This document shows positions 27,298 through 36,451 of a stretch of 64,000 bases of DNA, in pieces. Within the stretch, counting starts at the first letter, position 1, and every line of letters begins with the position of its first letter. The position numbers and the translations under genes are program-made. The notes under the pieces were generated by a model. The model did no database searches. It was not told where the DNA came from and was given only the letters and a program-made list of their open reading frames with translations. Origin of the DNA: Methanobacteriota archaeon (GTDB lineage Archaea; Thermoplasmatota; Thermoplasmata; RBG-16-68-12); contig VBLT01000105.1 in assembly GCA_005878615.1 (NCBI GenBank), forward strand, positions 3,414 through 67,413, read 5' to 3'.

Positions 27298-27834
27298 ATG
27301 CTGTACGCACGGATTCCATCGGATCGGCTGGGCGTCCTGATCGGGCCGGAGGGCGCCACCAAGAAACGGCTCCAAGAGTCAACGGGAACGCGGATCGCGG
27401 TCGATTCCGCGACCGGGGACGTCACCATCGACGAGACCGCCGCGGCCGATCCCGTGCTGGCCCTGAAGGCCCGAGATGTCGTGCAGGCGATGGCCCGCGG
27501 GTTCTCCGAAGACCGGGCATTCCGTCTCCTCGACGAAGAGAGCTACCTGGAGATCCTCGATATCAAAGACTTCGCGCACTCCAAGAACCGGGTGGCCCAG
27601 GTCCGGGCGCGGCTGATCGGCACCCGGGGGAAGACGCGACGGATCATCGAAGAGCTCACCGGCGTGGACGTCAGCGTCTCCGGCCACACGGTCGCGATGA
27701 TCGGCGGTGCCTTCGAGATGGCGATCGCCCGCGAGGCGGTTTTCATGCTCCTCAGGGGGAGCGAACACAGGACGGTGTACCGGTTCCTCGAGCGGAAGCG
27801 CGCCGACCTGAAAGTGTATCAGATGGGGTTCTAG
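27298..27834 (+). CDS. KH-domain RNA-binding protein (Pno1/Dim2-like)
   Basis: Two KH-like modules (IGPEGATKKRLQESTG; IGTRGKTRRIIEELTG). Conserved archaeal aIF1A-Rio1-KH arrangement. Confidence 0.75.
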   Translation: MLYARIPSDRLGVLIGPEGATKKRLQESTGTRIAVDSATGDVTIDETAAADPVLALKARDVVQAMARGFSEDRAFRLLDEESYLEILDIKDFAHSKNRVAQVRARLIGTRGKTRRIIEELTGVDVSVSGHTVAMIGGAFEMAIAREAVFMLLRGSEHRTVYRFLERKRADLKVYQMGF

Positions 27835-27870
27835 GGCCTTCCGCCAAACACCTTTAGAGACCGGAGTCCC

Positions 27871-28542
27871 ATGCCGTCCCGAATGTCGGCGGGGGACGAG
27901 ATTGCGGTCGTGGAGGGGTACCGTACCACCTTGCGGGACTGCCTCGCGACCCTGGATCCCGCGGCGGTGTTAAGGCTCCGCGGGGAACTCCAAGTCCTCT
28001 CCCGCTGGCTGGCCGTTCAGAAGAAGTCCGCGCTCCAGCGGACCGCGGACGAAGCCCTCGATGCGGTCTCTCGCTTCTATCTGTACGGGCAGGAGATCGA
28101 CGGCCTCCGGGCATCGAACCGGTCCGCGGAGACCGCCAGCTACTACGACCTCGCCTCCGTCGGCGTGCTCGCCGTGGAGAACGTACTGACCGCAGGGCAT
28201 CCGAGCCTCATGCGCTTCTTGATGAGCGGTCTATCGGAAGGGCTCATGTTCCTGGGAAGTCGTCAGTACGTATCCGGAAGCGATGCCGTCCTGCTCGCTT
28301 CGTGGCGGAAGCACTCGACCGCGGTCCGGGACGCGCTCTGGTCCCTCGTGACGGACTTCCGAGACCTCGAGAGCCTCGGCTCGATCCGGGCGGCCCGCGC
28401 CGCGATCGACGAACTGTTCGCCAAGTTCGACGACCCGGGGGTCGCCTTGGCCACGCGGCTCGCCCTCCTCTACCAGCTGTACGCGCTCCTCGCCATCATC
28501 CGCTGCGCCGAGCTCCTCGAGGATCTGCGAGGGCTCGCCTGA
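27871..28542 (+). CDS. hypothetical alpha-helical protein
   Basis: 223 aa with protein-like composition. No recognisable motif. Confidence 0.4.
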   Translation: MPSRMSAGDEIAVVEGYRTTLRDCLATLDPAAVLRLRGELQVLSRWLAVQKKSALQRTADEALDAVSRFYLYGQEIDGLRASNRSAETASYYDLASVGVLAVENVLTAGHPSLMRFLMSGLSEGLMFLGSRQYVSGSDAVLLASWRKHSTAVRDALWSLVTDFRDLESLGSIRAARAAIDELFAKFDDPGVALATRLALLYQLYALLAIIRCAELLEDLRGLA

Positions 28543-28550
28543 TTCCGTTC

Positions 28551-28567
28551 GGAAAATTGTTATATAA
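28551..28567 (+). promoter_or_regulatory. BRE/TATA promoter for ppdK (GGAAAA + TTATATAA)
   Basis: Canonical archaeal TATA box preceded by a purine-rich BRE. Predicted TSS is ~28590, upstream of the conserved in-frame N-terminal codons of PPDK. Confidence 0.5.
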
Positions 28568-28639
28568 CGCCCTCAGCTACTACGACAGGGGAACGGGCTG
28601 CCGAAGTACGTCTACCTATTCGAAGAAGGAAACGCCTCG

Positions 28640-31498
28640 ATGCGGGACCTGCTCGGCGGCAAGGGTGCCGGGCTCGCCGAGATGACCCGGCTCGGCCTCC
28701 CCGTCCCGCCCGGCTTCACGATCACCACGAAAGCCTGCAACGCGTTCGCTCGGACGGGTCGGTTCCCGCCAGGCCTGTGGAAACAGGTCGAATCGGCGCT
28801 GTCGACCGTCGAAACGAAGATTGGGCGTCGGTTCGGCGACCCGTCGAATCCCCTCCTCGTCTCCGTCCGATCGGGCGCGAAGTTCTCCATGCCGGGGATG
28901 ATGGACACGGTCCTCAACCTCGGATTGAACGACGAGACGGTCGAGACGCTCGGGCGGATCTCGAATGAACGATTCGCGTGGGACTCCTATCGACGGCTCA
29001 TCGCGATGTTCGGTCGGATCGTCAAAGATGTCGACGGCCGCAAGTTCGAGGCGCTCCTCGAACGACGTAAGGAAGCATCCCACGCGGCGAAGGACACCGA
29101 GCTTTCCTCCGACGATCTGAAGGCCATCGTGGCAGAGTTCAAGGAACTCTACCAAGCCGAGGTCGGTGAGCCCTTTCCGCAGAATGGCCGCGAGCAGCTG
29201 CAACAGGCGATCGCCGCGGTCTTCCGTTCCTGGAACGGGAAGCGCGCGGTGGATTACCGGAACTTCAACAAGATCCCCCACGACCTCGGGACCGCTGCGA
29301 ACGTGCAGACGATGGTCTTCGGGAACATGGGACCCGACTCCGGCACGGGCGTCGCGTTCACCCGGAATCCTTCGACGGGAGAGAAGCAGCTGTACGGGGA
29401 GTTCCTGTCGAACGCCCAGGGCGAGGACGTCGTCGCGGGGATCCGCACGCCCTTGACCATCGGCCAGCTGCGGGAGACCTTCCCCGTCGTGTACGACCAG
29501 TTCTCGGAGGCCGCCGACCACCTGGAGAGGCACTACCGAGACATCCAAGACATCGAGTTCACGGTGGAGCGGGGGAAGCTTTGGATGCTCCAGACCCGGA
29601 CCGGGAAGCGGTCCGCCCGGGCCGCGGTGAAGGCGGCCGTCGACATGGCGCGGGAGGGTCTCATCACGAAGCAGGAGGCCATCCTCCGCGTCGAGCCGGC
29701 GCACGTGATCCAGCTCCTCCTGCCCCAGTTCGACGAGCGCGCGAAGGGTGGGGCGCGGAAGGAAGGCCGATTCTTGGCTCGGGGCCTCAACGCCTCTCCC
29801 GGGGCCGCCGCGGGGTTCGCGTCGTTCGACCCGGACGAAGCCGAGAGGATGGGACGCGACGAGAAGAAACCGGTCGTGCTCGTCCGGGTGGAGACATCTC
29901 CCGACGACGTCCACGGGATCTTGCACTCGAAAGGCGTCCTGACCGCTCGAGGGGGCGCGACGAGCCATGCCGCGGTCGTGACCCGGGGCCTCGGGATTCC
30001 CTGCGTCACCGGCTGCGAATCGATCGTCGTCGACTACGACGAGGGTCTTTTCCGGGTCGGCGGGAAGGTGGTTCATCGCGGCGACTTCGTGTCCATCGAC
30101 GGCAGCTCCGGGGAGGTCTTCGAAGGTCGCATCCCCACGATCGATCCGGATTTCCAGAAGGAGACCGACCTCCAGACCCTCCTGCGGTGGGCGGACGAGG
30201 AGCGTCGCCTCCAGGTCTGGGCGAACGCCGACTATCCGCGCGACGCGGAACGCGCCCGGGCATTCGGCGCCCAAGGGATCGGCTTGGACCGGACCGAGCA
30301 CATGTTCATGGAGACGGATCGGCTCGGCATCGTCCACGAAATGATCTTGGCGGCCCCGGACTACCGGAAGGTCTCGGGCGAGGTTCGGGCGATCAAGGCC
30401 GAGATCGACACCGCGAAGGAGGACCGTCGGTCCACGCTCGGGAAGCGCCTTGCGACCCTCGAACCAGCCTTGGAGGGCCTCTCGCGCCGCTACCTCGGGT
30501 CCCTCGAGAAGCTCGGCCGGCTCCAGAAGAAGGACTTCGAAGGCATCCTCCGGGCGATGCAAGGACTCCCGGTCATCATCCGGCTCATCGACCCGCCGCT
30601 CCATGAATTCCTCCCGAAATACGAGACCTTGCTCGTCCAGGTGACGAAACTGACGATGGCGCAGGGGAACCCGGAGGTGCTCGTCCGGAACGCCCATTCC
30701 GACGAAGACAAGGAGTTCCTCGAAGAGGTCCGGAAGGCGGGCGGCGGCGACCTCGGCCGAGGGATCGAGACGCTCCTACCGGAGAAGCAGCGCCTCCTCG
30801 AGGCGGTCGCGGCGACCCGCGAGGCGAACCCGATGCTGGGCCTCCGGGGGTGCCGCCTGGGCATCACCTTCCCCGAAATCACGGAGATGCAGGTCCGGGC
30901 GATCTTCGAGGCGTCCTGCGCCCTGACGAAGGAGGGAGTCGTCGTGAAGCCCGAAATCATGATCCCCCTCGCGGGCCACGTGAACGAACTCAAGGTCGAG
31001 CGGGAAGCCCTCGAGAGGGAGGCGAAGAAGGTCATGGAGCGCGAGGGCGTCACGATCGCCTACAAGTTCGGGACGATGATCGAGCTTCCGCGGGCCGCAC
31101 TCACCGCCGATGCGATTGCCCGACATGCGGAGTTCTTCTCCTTCGGGACGAACGATCTCACGCAGACGACGTTCGGGTACAGCCGTGACGACGCGGAGGG
31201 CAAGTTCCTCCTGGACTTCGTGGAACGGGGGATCCTCCCCTTCAATCCGTTCCAGACCCTGGACCGCGAGGGCGTCGGCCAGCTCATGCGCACCTGCGTC
31301 CAGAAGGGTCGAAGAGTCCGCAAGGACCTGGAGATCGGGATCTGCGGCGAGCACGGCGGGGATCCGTCGAGCATCGAACTGTGCCACCTCCTCGGCCTCA
31401 ACTATGTGTCGTGTTCTCCCTTCCGGGTCCCGGTCGCCCGCCTCGCGGCGGCCCATGCAAAGCTTCGAGAACAGGTCGGCGAATTCGGGGACCGCTGA
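28640..31498 (+). CDS. ppdK: pyruvate, phosphate dikinase
   Basis: 952 aa from first ATG. LLGGKGAGLAEM nucleotide-binding N-terminus; central phosphohistidine domain (GGATSHAAVV); PEP-utilising C-terminal TIM barrel. The conserved N-terminal LPKYVYLFEEGNAS is encoded in frame upstream (28598-28639) with no ATG/GTG/TTG, so the start may be CTG at 28598. Confidence 0.9.
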   Translation: MRDLLGGKGAGLAEMTRLGLPVPPGFTITTKACNAFARTGRFPPGLWKQVESALSTVETKIGRRFGDPSNPLLVSVRSGAKFSMPGMMDTVLNLGLNDETVETLGRISNERFAWDSYRRLIAMFGRIVKDVDGRKFEALLERRKEASHAAKDTELSSDDLKAIVAEFKELYQAEVGEPFPQNGREQLQQAIAAVFRSWNGKRAVDYRNFNKIPHDLGTAANVQTMVFGNMGPDSGTGVAFTRNPSTGEKQLYGEFLSNAQGEDVVAGIRTPLTIGQLRETFPVVYDQFSEAADHLERHYRDIQDIEFTVERGKLWMLQTRTGKRSARAAVKAAVDMAREGLITKQEAILRVEPAHVIQLLLPQFDERAKGGARKEGRFLARGLNASPGAAAGFASFDPDEAERMGRDEKKPVVLVRVETSPDDVHGILHSKGVLTARGGATSHAAVVTRGLGIPCVTGCESIVVDYDEGLFRVGGKVVHRGDFVSIDGSSGEVFEGRIPTIDPDFQKETDLQTLLRWADEERRLQVWANADYPRDAERARAFGAQGIGLDRTEHMFMETDRLGIVHEMILAAPDYRKVSGEVRAIKAEIDTAKEDRRSTLGKRLATLEPALEGLSRRYLGSLEKLGRLQKKDFEGILRAMQGLPVIIRLIDPPLHEFLPKYETLLVQVTKLTMAQGNPEVLVRNAHSDEDKEFLEEVRKAGGGDLGRGIETLLPEKQRLLEAVAATREANPMLGLRGCRLGITFPEITEMQVRAIFEASCALTKEGVVVKPEIMIPLAGHVNELKVEREALEREAKKVMEREGVTIAYKFGTMIELPRAALTADAIARHAEFFSFGTNDLTQTTFGYSRDDAEGKFLLDFVERGILPFNPFQTLDREGVGQLMRTCVQKGRRVRKDLEIGICGEHGGDPSSIELCHLLGLNYVSCSPFRVPVARLAAAHAKLREQVGEFGDR

Positions 31499-31510
31499 CC
31501 TGGTGCAACG

Positions 31511-32290
31511 TTGGCGGGCTTCGCGGATTCGCCATATTTTCTCGGCGTCCTCTTGATCTCCGCCTTCACGATGCCGATCGTCTTCATGGTGTGGATCCGG
31601 AACACGGCCCGATATGGGAGAGAACCGTGGCGAAACGTGATCCGTGCCTTCCTGTGGGGCGCCGTGTTCAGCGTGATCGTCGCGGTCATCTTCAGCCTGA
31701 TTTTAGCCGCGACCCTCGGTCAAGTTGGGCCGCTGAACACGTTTCTCATCCGTCGTTTCCACGATCCGGACGTCGTGTTCCTGATCATCGGGGCCCTGAT
31801 CGTTGCGCCGATCGTCGAGGAGGCCGCGAAGGGCCTGGGGGTCCGCGAGGGGCGGCCGGAAATTCAAGGGCTGCTCGATGGGCTCGTCTACGGGGCCGCC
31901 GCGGGGTTGGGGTTCTCGGCGACGGAGAATCTGATCTACGGGGTGAACACCCTCCTGTCCCCCGACGGCGGGGCCACGGCCTCCTTGGCGGTGATTGCGA
32001 TTCGGTCCTTTTCCTCGTCGTTCCTTCATGCGAGCTCGAGCGCGACCTTCGGCTACGGACTCGCGAAGGCATGGCTCACCCGCCGCACTTGGGCCTTCGT
32101 CCCGTACTATCTGCTCGCGGTGATCATGCACTCGACCTTCAATCTCCTGACGACGATCGGGGTGTTGTACGCGACCCCGTACGGCGAGACGGTCGGCTTC
32201 GTGGCCGCGGTCGCCTTCGCGCTCGTCGCCATCACGATCGTTCGGCTCAAGCTCGCCGCGCATCCGCGGACGGTGGCGGGTAATCGATGA
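31511..32290 (+). CDS. PrsW-family intramembrane protease
   Basis: 259 aa polytopic. PrsW motifs E-E-A-A-K, F-S-A-T-E-N, H-S-T-F-N. Confidence 0.7.
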   Translation: MAGFADSPYFLGVLLISAFTMPIVFMVWIRNTARYGREPWRNVIRAFLWGAVFSVIVAVIFSLILAATLGQVGPLNTFLIRRFHDPDVVFLIIGALIVAPIVEEAAKGLGVREGRPEIQGLLDGLVYGAAAGLGFSATENLIYGVNTLLSPDGGATASLAVIAIRSFSSSFLHASSSATFGYGLAKAWLTRRTWAFVPYYLLAVIMHSTFNLLTTIGVLYATPYGETVGFVAAVAFALVAITIVRLKLAAHPRTVAGNR

Positions 32291-32952
32291 TTTCGGAAGT
32301 CGCAGTGGGAGATCGGGTCGTCCGGGTTCCGAAGATCCTCTGCGTCGCCCGGAACTACGCGGACCACGCAAAAGAGATGGGGACCCCGGTCCCACAGGAG
32401 CCGATCTTCTTCCTCAAGCCGACCACCGCCCTCTTACCTGGCGGCGGGACGATCCTCCTTCCGCCGGAATCGAAACGGGTCGAAGTCGAGACCGAACTCG
32501 CGGTGATCCTGAAGGCTGGCGGTCGAGATGTGTCGGCCGCGAAGGCGATGGATCTCGTGGGCGGTTACGCTGTGTTCTTCGACATCACGGCCCGAGATCT
32601 CCAAGCGAAGGCGCGGGAGGAGGGCGGACCATGGACGGCCGCCAAGGGCTTCGACACCTTCGCACCGATTTCCAAGGGCGTCGTCGCGCACCGAGGAATC
32701 GATCCGCACGGCCTGTCGATTCGCCTTCGGGTGAACGGCGTCGTTCGGCAGGACTCGAACACGAGTCAGATGGTCTTCCGAATCCCCGAGCTGATCGAAG
32801 CGAGTTCAAGGATCATGACGCTCGAGCAAGGGGATGTCTTTGCGACGGGCACGCCTGCCGGTGTGTGGCCAATCGTCCCCGGCGACGTCCTCGAGGCCGA
32901 GATTTCCCGGGTCGGAACCCTGCGCTGCAACGTCGCTTCGCGAAACCGTTAA
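32287..32952 (+). CDS. fumarylacetoacetate hydrolase (FAH) family protein
   Basis: 221 aa FAH fold signature (IFFLKPTTAL...ETELAVIL...GDVFATGTPAGV). Confidence 0.8.
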   Translation: MISEVAVGDRVVRVPKILCVARNYADHAKEMGTPVPQEPIFFLKPTTALLPGGGTILLPPESKRVEVETELAVILKAGGRDVSAAKAMDLVGGYAVFFDITARDLQAKAREEGGPWTAAKGFDTFAPISKGVVAHRGIDPHGLSIRLRVNGVVRQDSNTSQMVFRIPELIEASSRIMTLEQGDVFATGTPAGVWPIVPGDVLEAEISRVGTLRCNVASRNR

Positions 32953-32980
32953 CTATCTCGGACCGCGTGCATGGCAGGGC

Positions 32981-33451
32981 ATGCGTTTTCGCTTTGAGAT
33001 GGACGGAGACGTCTACTCAAAACACAAGGATTCGTTCAAGCGCCTCCTGGCGAGGCACGGCCTCCGTTGGCGCGGCAGTCTGGACCGTCCGTTCTGGGCG
33101 AGCGCGACGGAACGGGTCACTGGCCTCTTCGACCGAGATGCGGAAAAGGACCTCCTGAAGTCCGCCACTCTGACGTGGGAGAGCGCCGGAAAGTCGCGGC
33201 TACTCGAGGACCTGAAGGCGTGGGCGTGGGAGGTCGGCGCGAGGGCGGTGGAGGATCGTTCTCCCTCCGCCGAGGAAGTGACGGACGAGGTCGAGCAAGC
33301 CCTCCGCTACTGGGACATCGTGTGGAAGCCCAACGAGGATATCCTGAAGGCTCAGGGTCGGCCTCAGGCGTGGATCGATGCGGACGTGAAGCGGTGGAAG
33401 CAACAGCGACAGGAACGACGCCGCGAACTCATCGGTCAGGCGACCGACTAA
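32981..33451 (+). CDS. hypothetical protein
   Basis: 156 aa starting MRFRFEMDGDVY; Trp-rich, charged. No family recognised. Confidence 0.4.
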   Translation: MRFRFEMDGDVYSKHKDSFKRLLARHGLRWRGSLDRPFWASATERVTGLFDRDAEKDLLKSATLTWESAGKSRLLEDLKAWAWEVGARAVEDRSPSAEEVTDEVEQALRYWDIVWKPNEDILKAQGRPQAWIDADVKRWKQQRQERRRELIGQATD

Positions 33452-33666
33452 GGCAGTCCAATCGAGTGGACTTCGAACGAGTCATAGCAGTCGAAACAGA
33501 ATCCTTGGCGCCGATCGTCGGGCAGAAGGACGATCCGCGTGTGGCATTTCCGGCAGCGCCCGTCGCGATCGCCTCCATCGGAAATCCTCCGGAGATCCGG
33601 ACGAAGCTTCCATGAAATCGTTCCCGCCCCCGAGCCAGTCTCGGCGCCGCCACGGAGCCGATGCAC
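33448..33666 (-). CDS. putative small zinc-ribbon protein
   Basis: 72 aa with C-x2-C-x17-C-x2-C (CRKCH...CFDCY). Convergent 4-nt overlap with the upstream gene. Weak. Confidence 0.3.
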   Translation of the reverse strand: MHRLRGGAETGSGAGTISWKLRPDLRRISDGGDRDGRCRKCHTRIVLLPDDRRQGFCFDCYDSFEVHSIGLP

Positions 33667-33742
33667 GCTATAAGAACGTTGTGCGAATCGGAAACGACGG
33701 CGGTCGGCGACGGTTTAATGCGCAAACGATTGTTCCTCTTCC

Positions 33743-34357
33743 GTGCTCTCCGGTTTCGTCACGTTCGAGGGAATTGACGGGTCCGGCAAGACCACCGTGA
33801 GTCGGCTCGTGAAGGACCGCCTCCGGTCCCGGGGCCACTCCGTCTTCCTGACGAGCGAACCGACGGGCGACTGGCTGGGGGAGACCGTTCGTCGGGGAAT
33901 CGAGAAGGGCGTCAGCCCTCTCACGGAGTCCTTCCTGTTCCTCGCGGATCGCGCCGCACACATCCCAGAGATTCGTTCGCACCTCGAGGGCGGGGAGATC
34001 GTCCTTTGCGACCGCTATGCGGATTCCACCTATGCCTACCAGGGCGCGCACTTGGTCGGAGTCCTGCACGATCCCATCCGCTTCCTCCAGCGGGCGAGCG
34101 AGGATTGGATCCTTCCTCCCGATCTGACGATCCTGCTTCGGGTCTCGCCGGAGGTCGGATTCGAACGGATCAAGGATCGACCCCACAAGATTCCGTTCGA
34201 GGACATCGCGTTCCTCCGTCGGGTCGCCGCGAATTACGATCGCCTCGCGAAGGCGCGACGGTTCGTCGTCTTGGACGCCGCCCGGCCGGCCGAGATCGTC
34301 AGCGAGGAGGCCGTCGCGACGATTGAACGGCGCCTCGTCTCGCGGAAGCCGTCCTGA
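33743..34357 (+). CDS. tmk: thymidylate kinase
   Basis: P-loop FEGIDGSGKTT at residues 8-18; DRY motif (CDRYADSTYAYQG); lid region. Confidence 0.85.
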   Translation: MLSGFVTFEGIDGSGKTTVSRLVKDRLRSRGHSVFLTSEPTGDWLGETVRRGIEKGVSPLTESFLFLADRAAHIPEIRSHLEGGEIVLCDRYADSTYAYQGAHLVGVLHDPIRFLQRASEDWILPPDLTILLRVSPEVGFERIKDRPHKIPFEDIAFLRRVAANYDRLAKARRFVVLDAARPAEIVSEEAVATIERRLVSRKPS

Positions 34358-34607
34358 TTGCGGACCGTCCCGCGAGGGAAGCTTTGCGAAGGAGAAACGC
34401 GCGGGCGAAGACGGTCGCCATTTCCATGTTGCCTCGCTACAGTTCGAGGAGAAACGCCTTGCCGAACAGGACTTGAACCGCGTCCTCCCCCGTCCGATCC
34501 CCCATCGCGCGGTGCGATGGGCCGGTGGGGACCATGAAACGGCGTCCCAAGAATATCATCGGCGATTCTCAATTCCTCCAGATGAATAGGCCTCGGTCCT
34601 GGACAAA

Positions 34608-34615
34608 GCTATTTA
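34608..34615 (+). promoter_or_regulatory. TATA-like box upstream of HerA-like ATPase gene
   Basis: CTATTTAT ~41 nt upstream of ATG 34656. The same octamer appears at the uppS promoter. Confidence 0.3.
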
Positions 34616-34655
34616 TGCGGTCGCCCGGTTATCGCGCCACGAATGGGATGCACGC

Positions 34656-36146
34656 ATGGAATCCGCGGCTCACCATAGGCCTTCTTCTCACCATGGCGAT
34701 GGGTTCGTTGGCGTGATCTACGGGGACATCGGGACGACCGCGTTCCGATGTTCGGTCGCGGAAGATGTGGAGCGCAACGAGTTCGTCCAAGTCCAACACG
34801 AGACCTGCGGCATCGTCCTCGGCCGCGTCGACGAGGTCCAGCGAAAGACGGACCTGTCCCTGGATCGGGCCCAAGCCCTCGGGGATGGCGACCCCGTCGA
34901 CGTGGAGGAGCGAGTCTCGGCGCAAATCAGCGTAATCGGATACCGCGACGACCGCGGCCTCCTGCAAGTCCCGAGGACGCCGTTTCGCGCGGGGGAACCC
35001 GTGCGTCGCGCGGAGACGGCCACGATTCAGGACGTCATCGGGCTGACGGAGGACAAGAAGCACGGAGCTTACGTGGGTCTCCTCGCGGGCCACGAAGTGC
35101 CGGTCTACCTGGACATCAATGCGTTGGTCCAGAAACATGTGTCGATCCTGGCGAAGACGGGCGGCGGAAAATCCTACATCGCAGGCGTCATGATCGAGGA
35201 ACTGATGAAGCATCACGTGACCTGCGTCATCCTCGATCCCCACGGCGAGTACGCCTCCCTCCGAGAGAAGGGGAAGGTCGTCCATGGCGCCACTCGGTTT
35301 CGGGTCGAGCCTCATGCGTACGCCGAGATCATCCAAGTCTTTTCCCCGGACACCAAGGTGAATCCGGGGACCCGGCCGTTGAAGTTCACGTTGAGCAACC
35401 TCGATGCGCGGGACATCCTGTCCCTCACCGGCTCGGCCCGAGTCCGGACGCATCTCACGGCGTTGCGAAAAGCCCTCGATCTGCTACGGCAGGCCGCGAA
35501 GGATTACACAATCCAAGATGTCGTCCGAGTGCTCGAGCGGGAGGAGGACCCGCAGAATGCCTCCTTGATCGACGAGCTCGAATACCTGAGCGAGGTCGAG
35601 ATCTTCGCGAAAGAGGGGACGCGGATCGACGAGCTGGTGATCAAGGGAAAGACGACGATCATCAATTTGAAGGGCGTGCCCCCTGACATTCAGGAACTCG
35701 TCGTGAACCGGCTTGCGACCGCGATGTTCGAGTTGCGAAAAGTCGGTCGGATCCCGCCGATGATGCTCGTCGTCGAAGAGGCTCACAACTTCTGCCCCCA
35801 AGTCGGCCAGGTCGCATCGTCGAAGGTGTTTCGAACGCTGGCTTCAGAAGGCCGCAAGTTCGGCCTGGGACTCGTCATCATCACGCAGCGCGCTGCGAAG
35901 GTCGACAAGAACGTGCTCAGCCAGTGCAACACGCAAGTGATTCTGAAGGTCACGAATCCGAATGACCTGAAGGCGATCATCGCCAGTGTGGAAGGCCTTA
36001 CGACATCGATGGCGGAGGAAATTTCCCGCCTCCCGATCGGGGTCGCAATCATGACCGGAGGAGGCCTCGAGATGCCCCTGATGGTAGAAGTGCGTCCGCG
36101 AGAAACGCGACACGGCGGAGAGAGCGTCAAGGTCATCGACGATTGA
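34656..36146 (+). CDS. HerA/FtsK-like P-loop ATPase (DUF87-type)
   Basis: 496 aa. N-terminal beta-barrel-like region; Walker A LAKTGGGKSY; Walker B MMLVVEEAH; C-terminal TQR...VIL arginine-finger-like region. No NurA partner nearby. Confidence 0.7.
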   Translation: MESAAHHRPSSHHGDGFVGVIYGDIGTTAFRCSVAEDVERNEFVQVQHETCGIVLGRVDEVQRKTDLSLDRAQALGDGDPVDVEERVSAQISVIGYRDDRGLLQVPRTPFRAGEPVRRAETATIQDVIGLTEDKKHGAYVGLLAGHEVPVYLDINALVQKHVSILAKTGGGKSYIAGVMIEELMKHHVTCVILDPHGEYASLREKGKVVHGATRFRVEPHAYAEIIQVFSPDTKVNPGTRPLKFTLSNLDARDILSLTGSARVRTHLTALRKALDLLRQAAKDYTIQDVVRVLEREEDPQNASLIDELEYLSEVEIFAKEGTRIDELVIKGKTTIINLKGVPPDIQELVVNRLATAMFELRKVGRIPPMMLVVEEAHNFCPQVGQVASSKVFRTLASEGRKFGLGLVIITQRAAKVDKNVLSQCNTQVILKVTNPNDLKAIIASVEGLTTSMAEEISRLPIGVAIMTGGGLEMPLMVEVRPRETRHGGESVKVIDD

Positions 36147-36228
36147 AAATTCCTCTCGGAATTTCTCGCGGTCGGATCCGTCGCGGAGGGCGTCTCCCGG
36201 AAGCTCGCGCGAGACGCGGTGTGTGCCT

Positions 36229-36300
36229 AATGAATACATAGAATCCATAGTGAGTCAATTAAAAACGTGTTTCTCAAAAGAGATAGCGTCGTGCGAGCGG
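36229..36300. promoter_or_regulatory. AT-rich island (~35% GC) in the intergenic region ahead of the GT-kinase-ABC operon
   Basis: TAATGAATACATAGAATCCATAGTGAGTCAATTAAAAACGTGTTTCTCAAAAGAGATAG within a ~65% GC genome. Contains a CATAG direct repeat and TTAAAAA. Preceded by hairpin AAATTCC-tctc-GGAATTT right after the ATPase stop. Confidence 0.45.
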
Positions 36301-36451
36301 AGTAGTTGGCGAAATCAAATGCTCTGTTTGTACGGAAGGGGACAATGGCGGTCAAAGAAGTGCCTGATGTGGCGGTCTGCAACTCGAGGATCGTCGAGCG
36401 ACCTTGGGACCGGACGTCCAATTCAACAGAAATCCCATCGAGGAATCTAGG

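Noticed and set aside
28616-30697. 693-aa ORF on the - strand
   Set aside because: It is antisense to PPDK and is a low-complexity Arg/Gly/Asp/Pro-rich artefact.
34656-36146. HerA-like ATPase as half of a HerA-NurA DNA end-resection pair
   Set aside because: There is no NurA-like nuclease (or Mre11/Rad50) in the flanking 10 kb. The gene appears stand-alone next to the GT-kinase-ABC operon, so the canonical pairing is not supported here.
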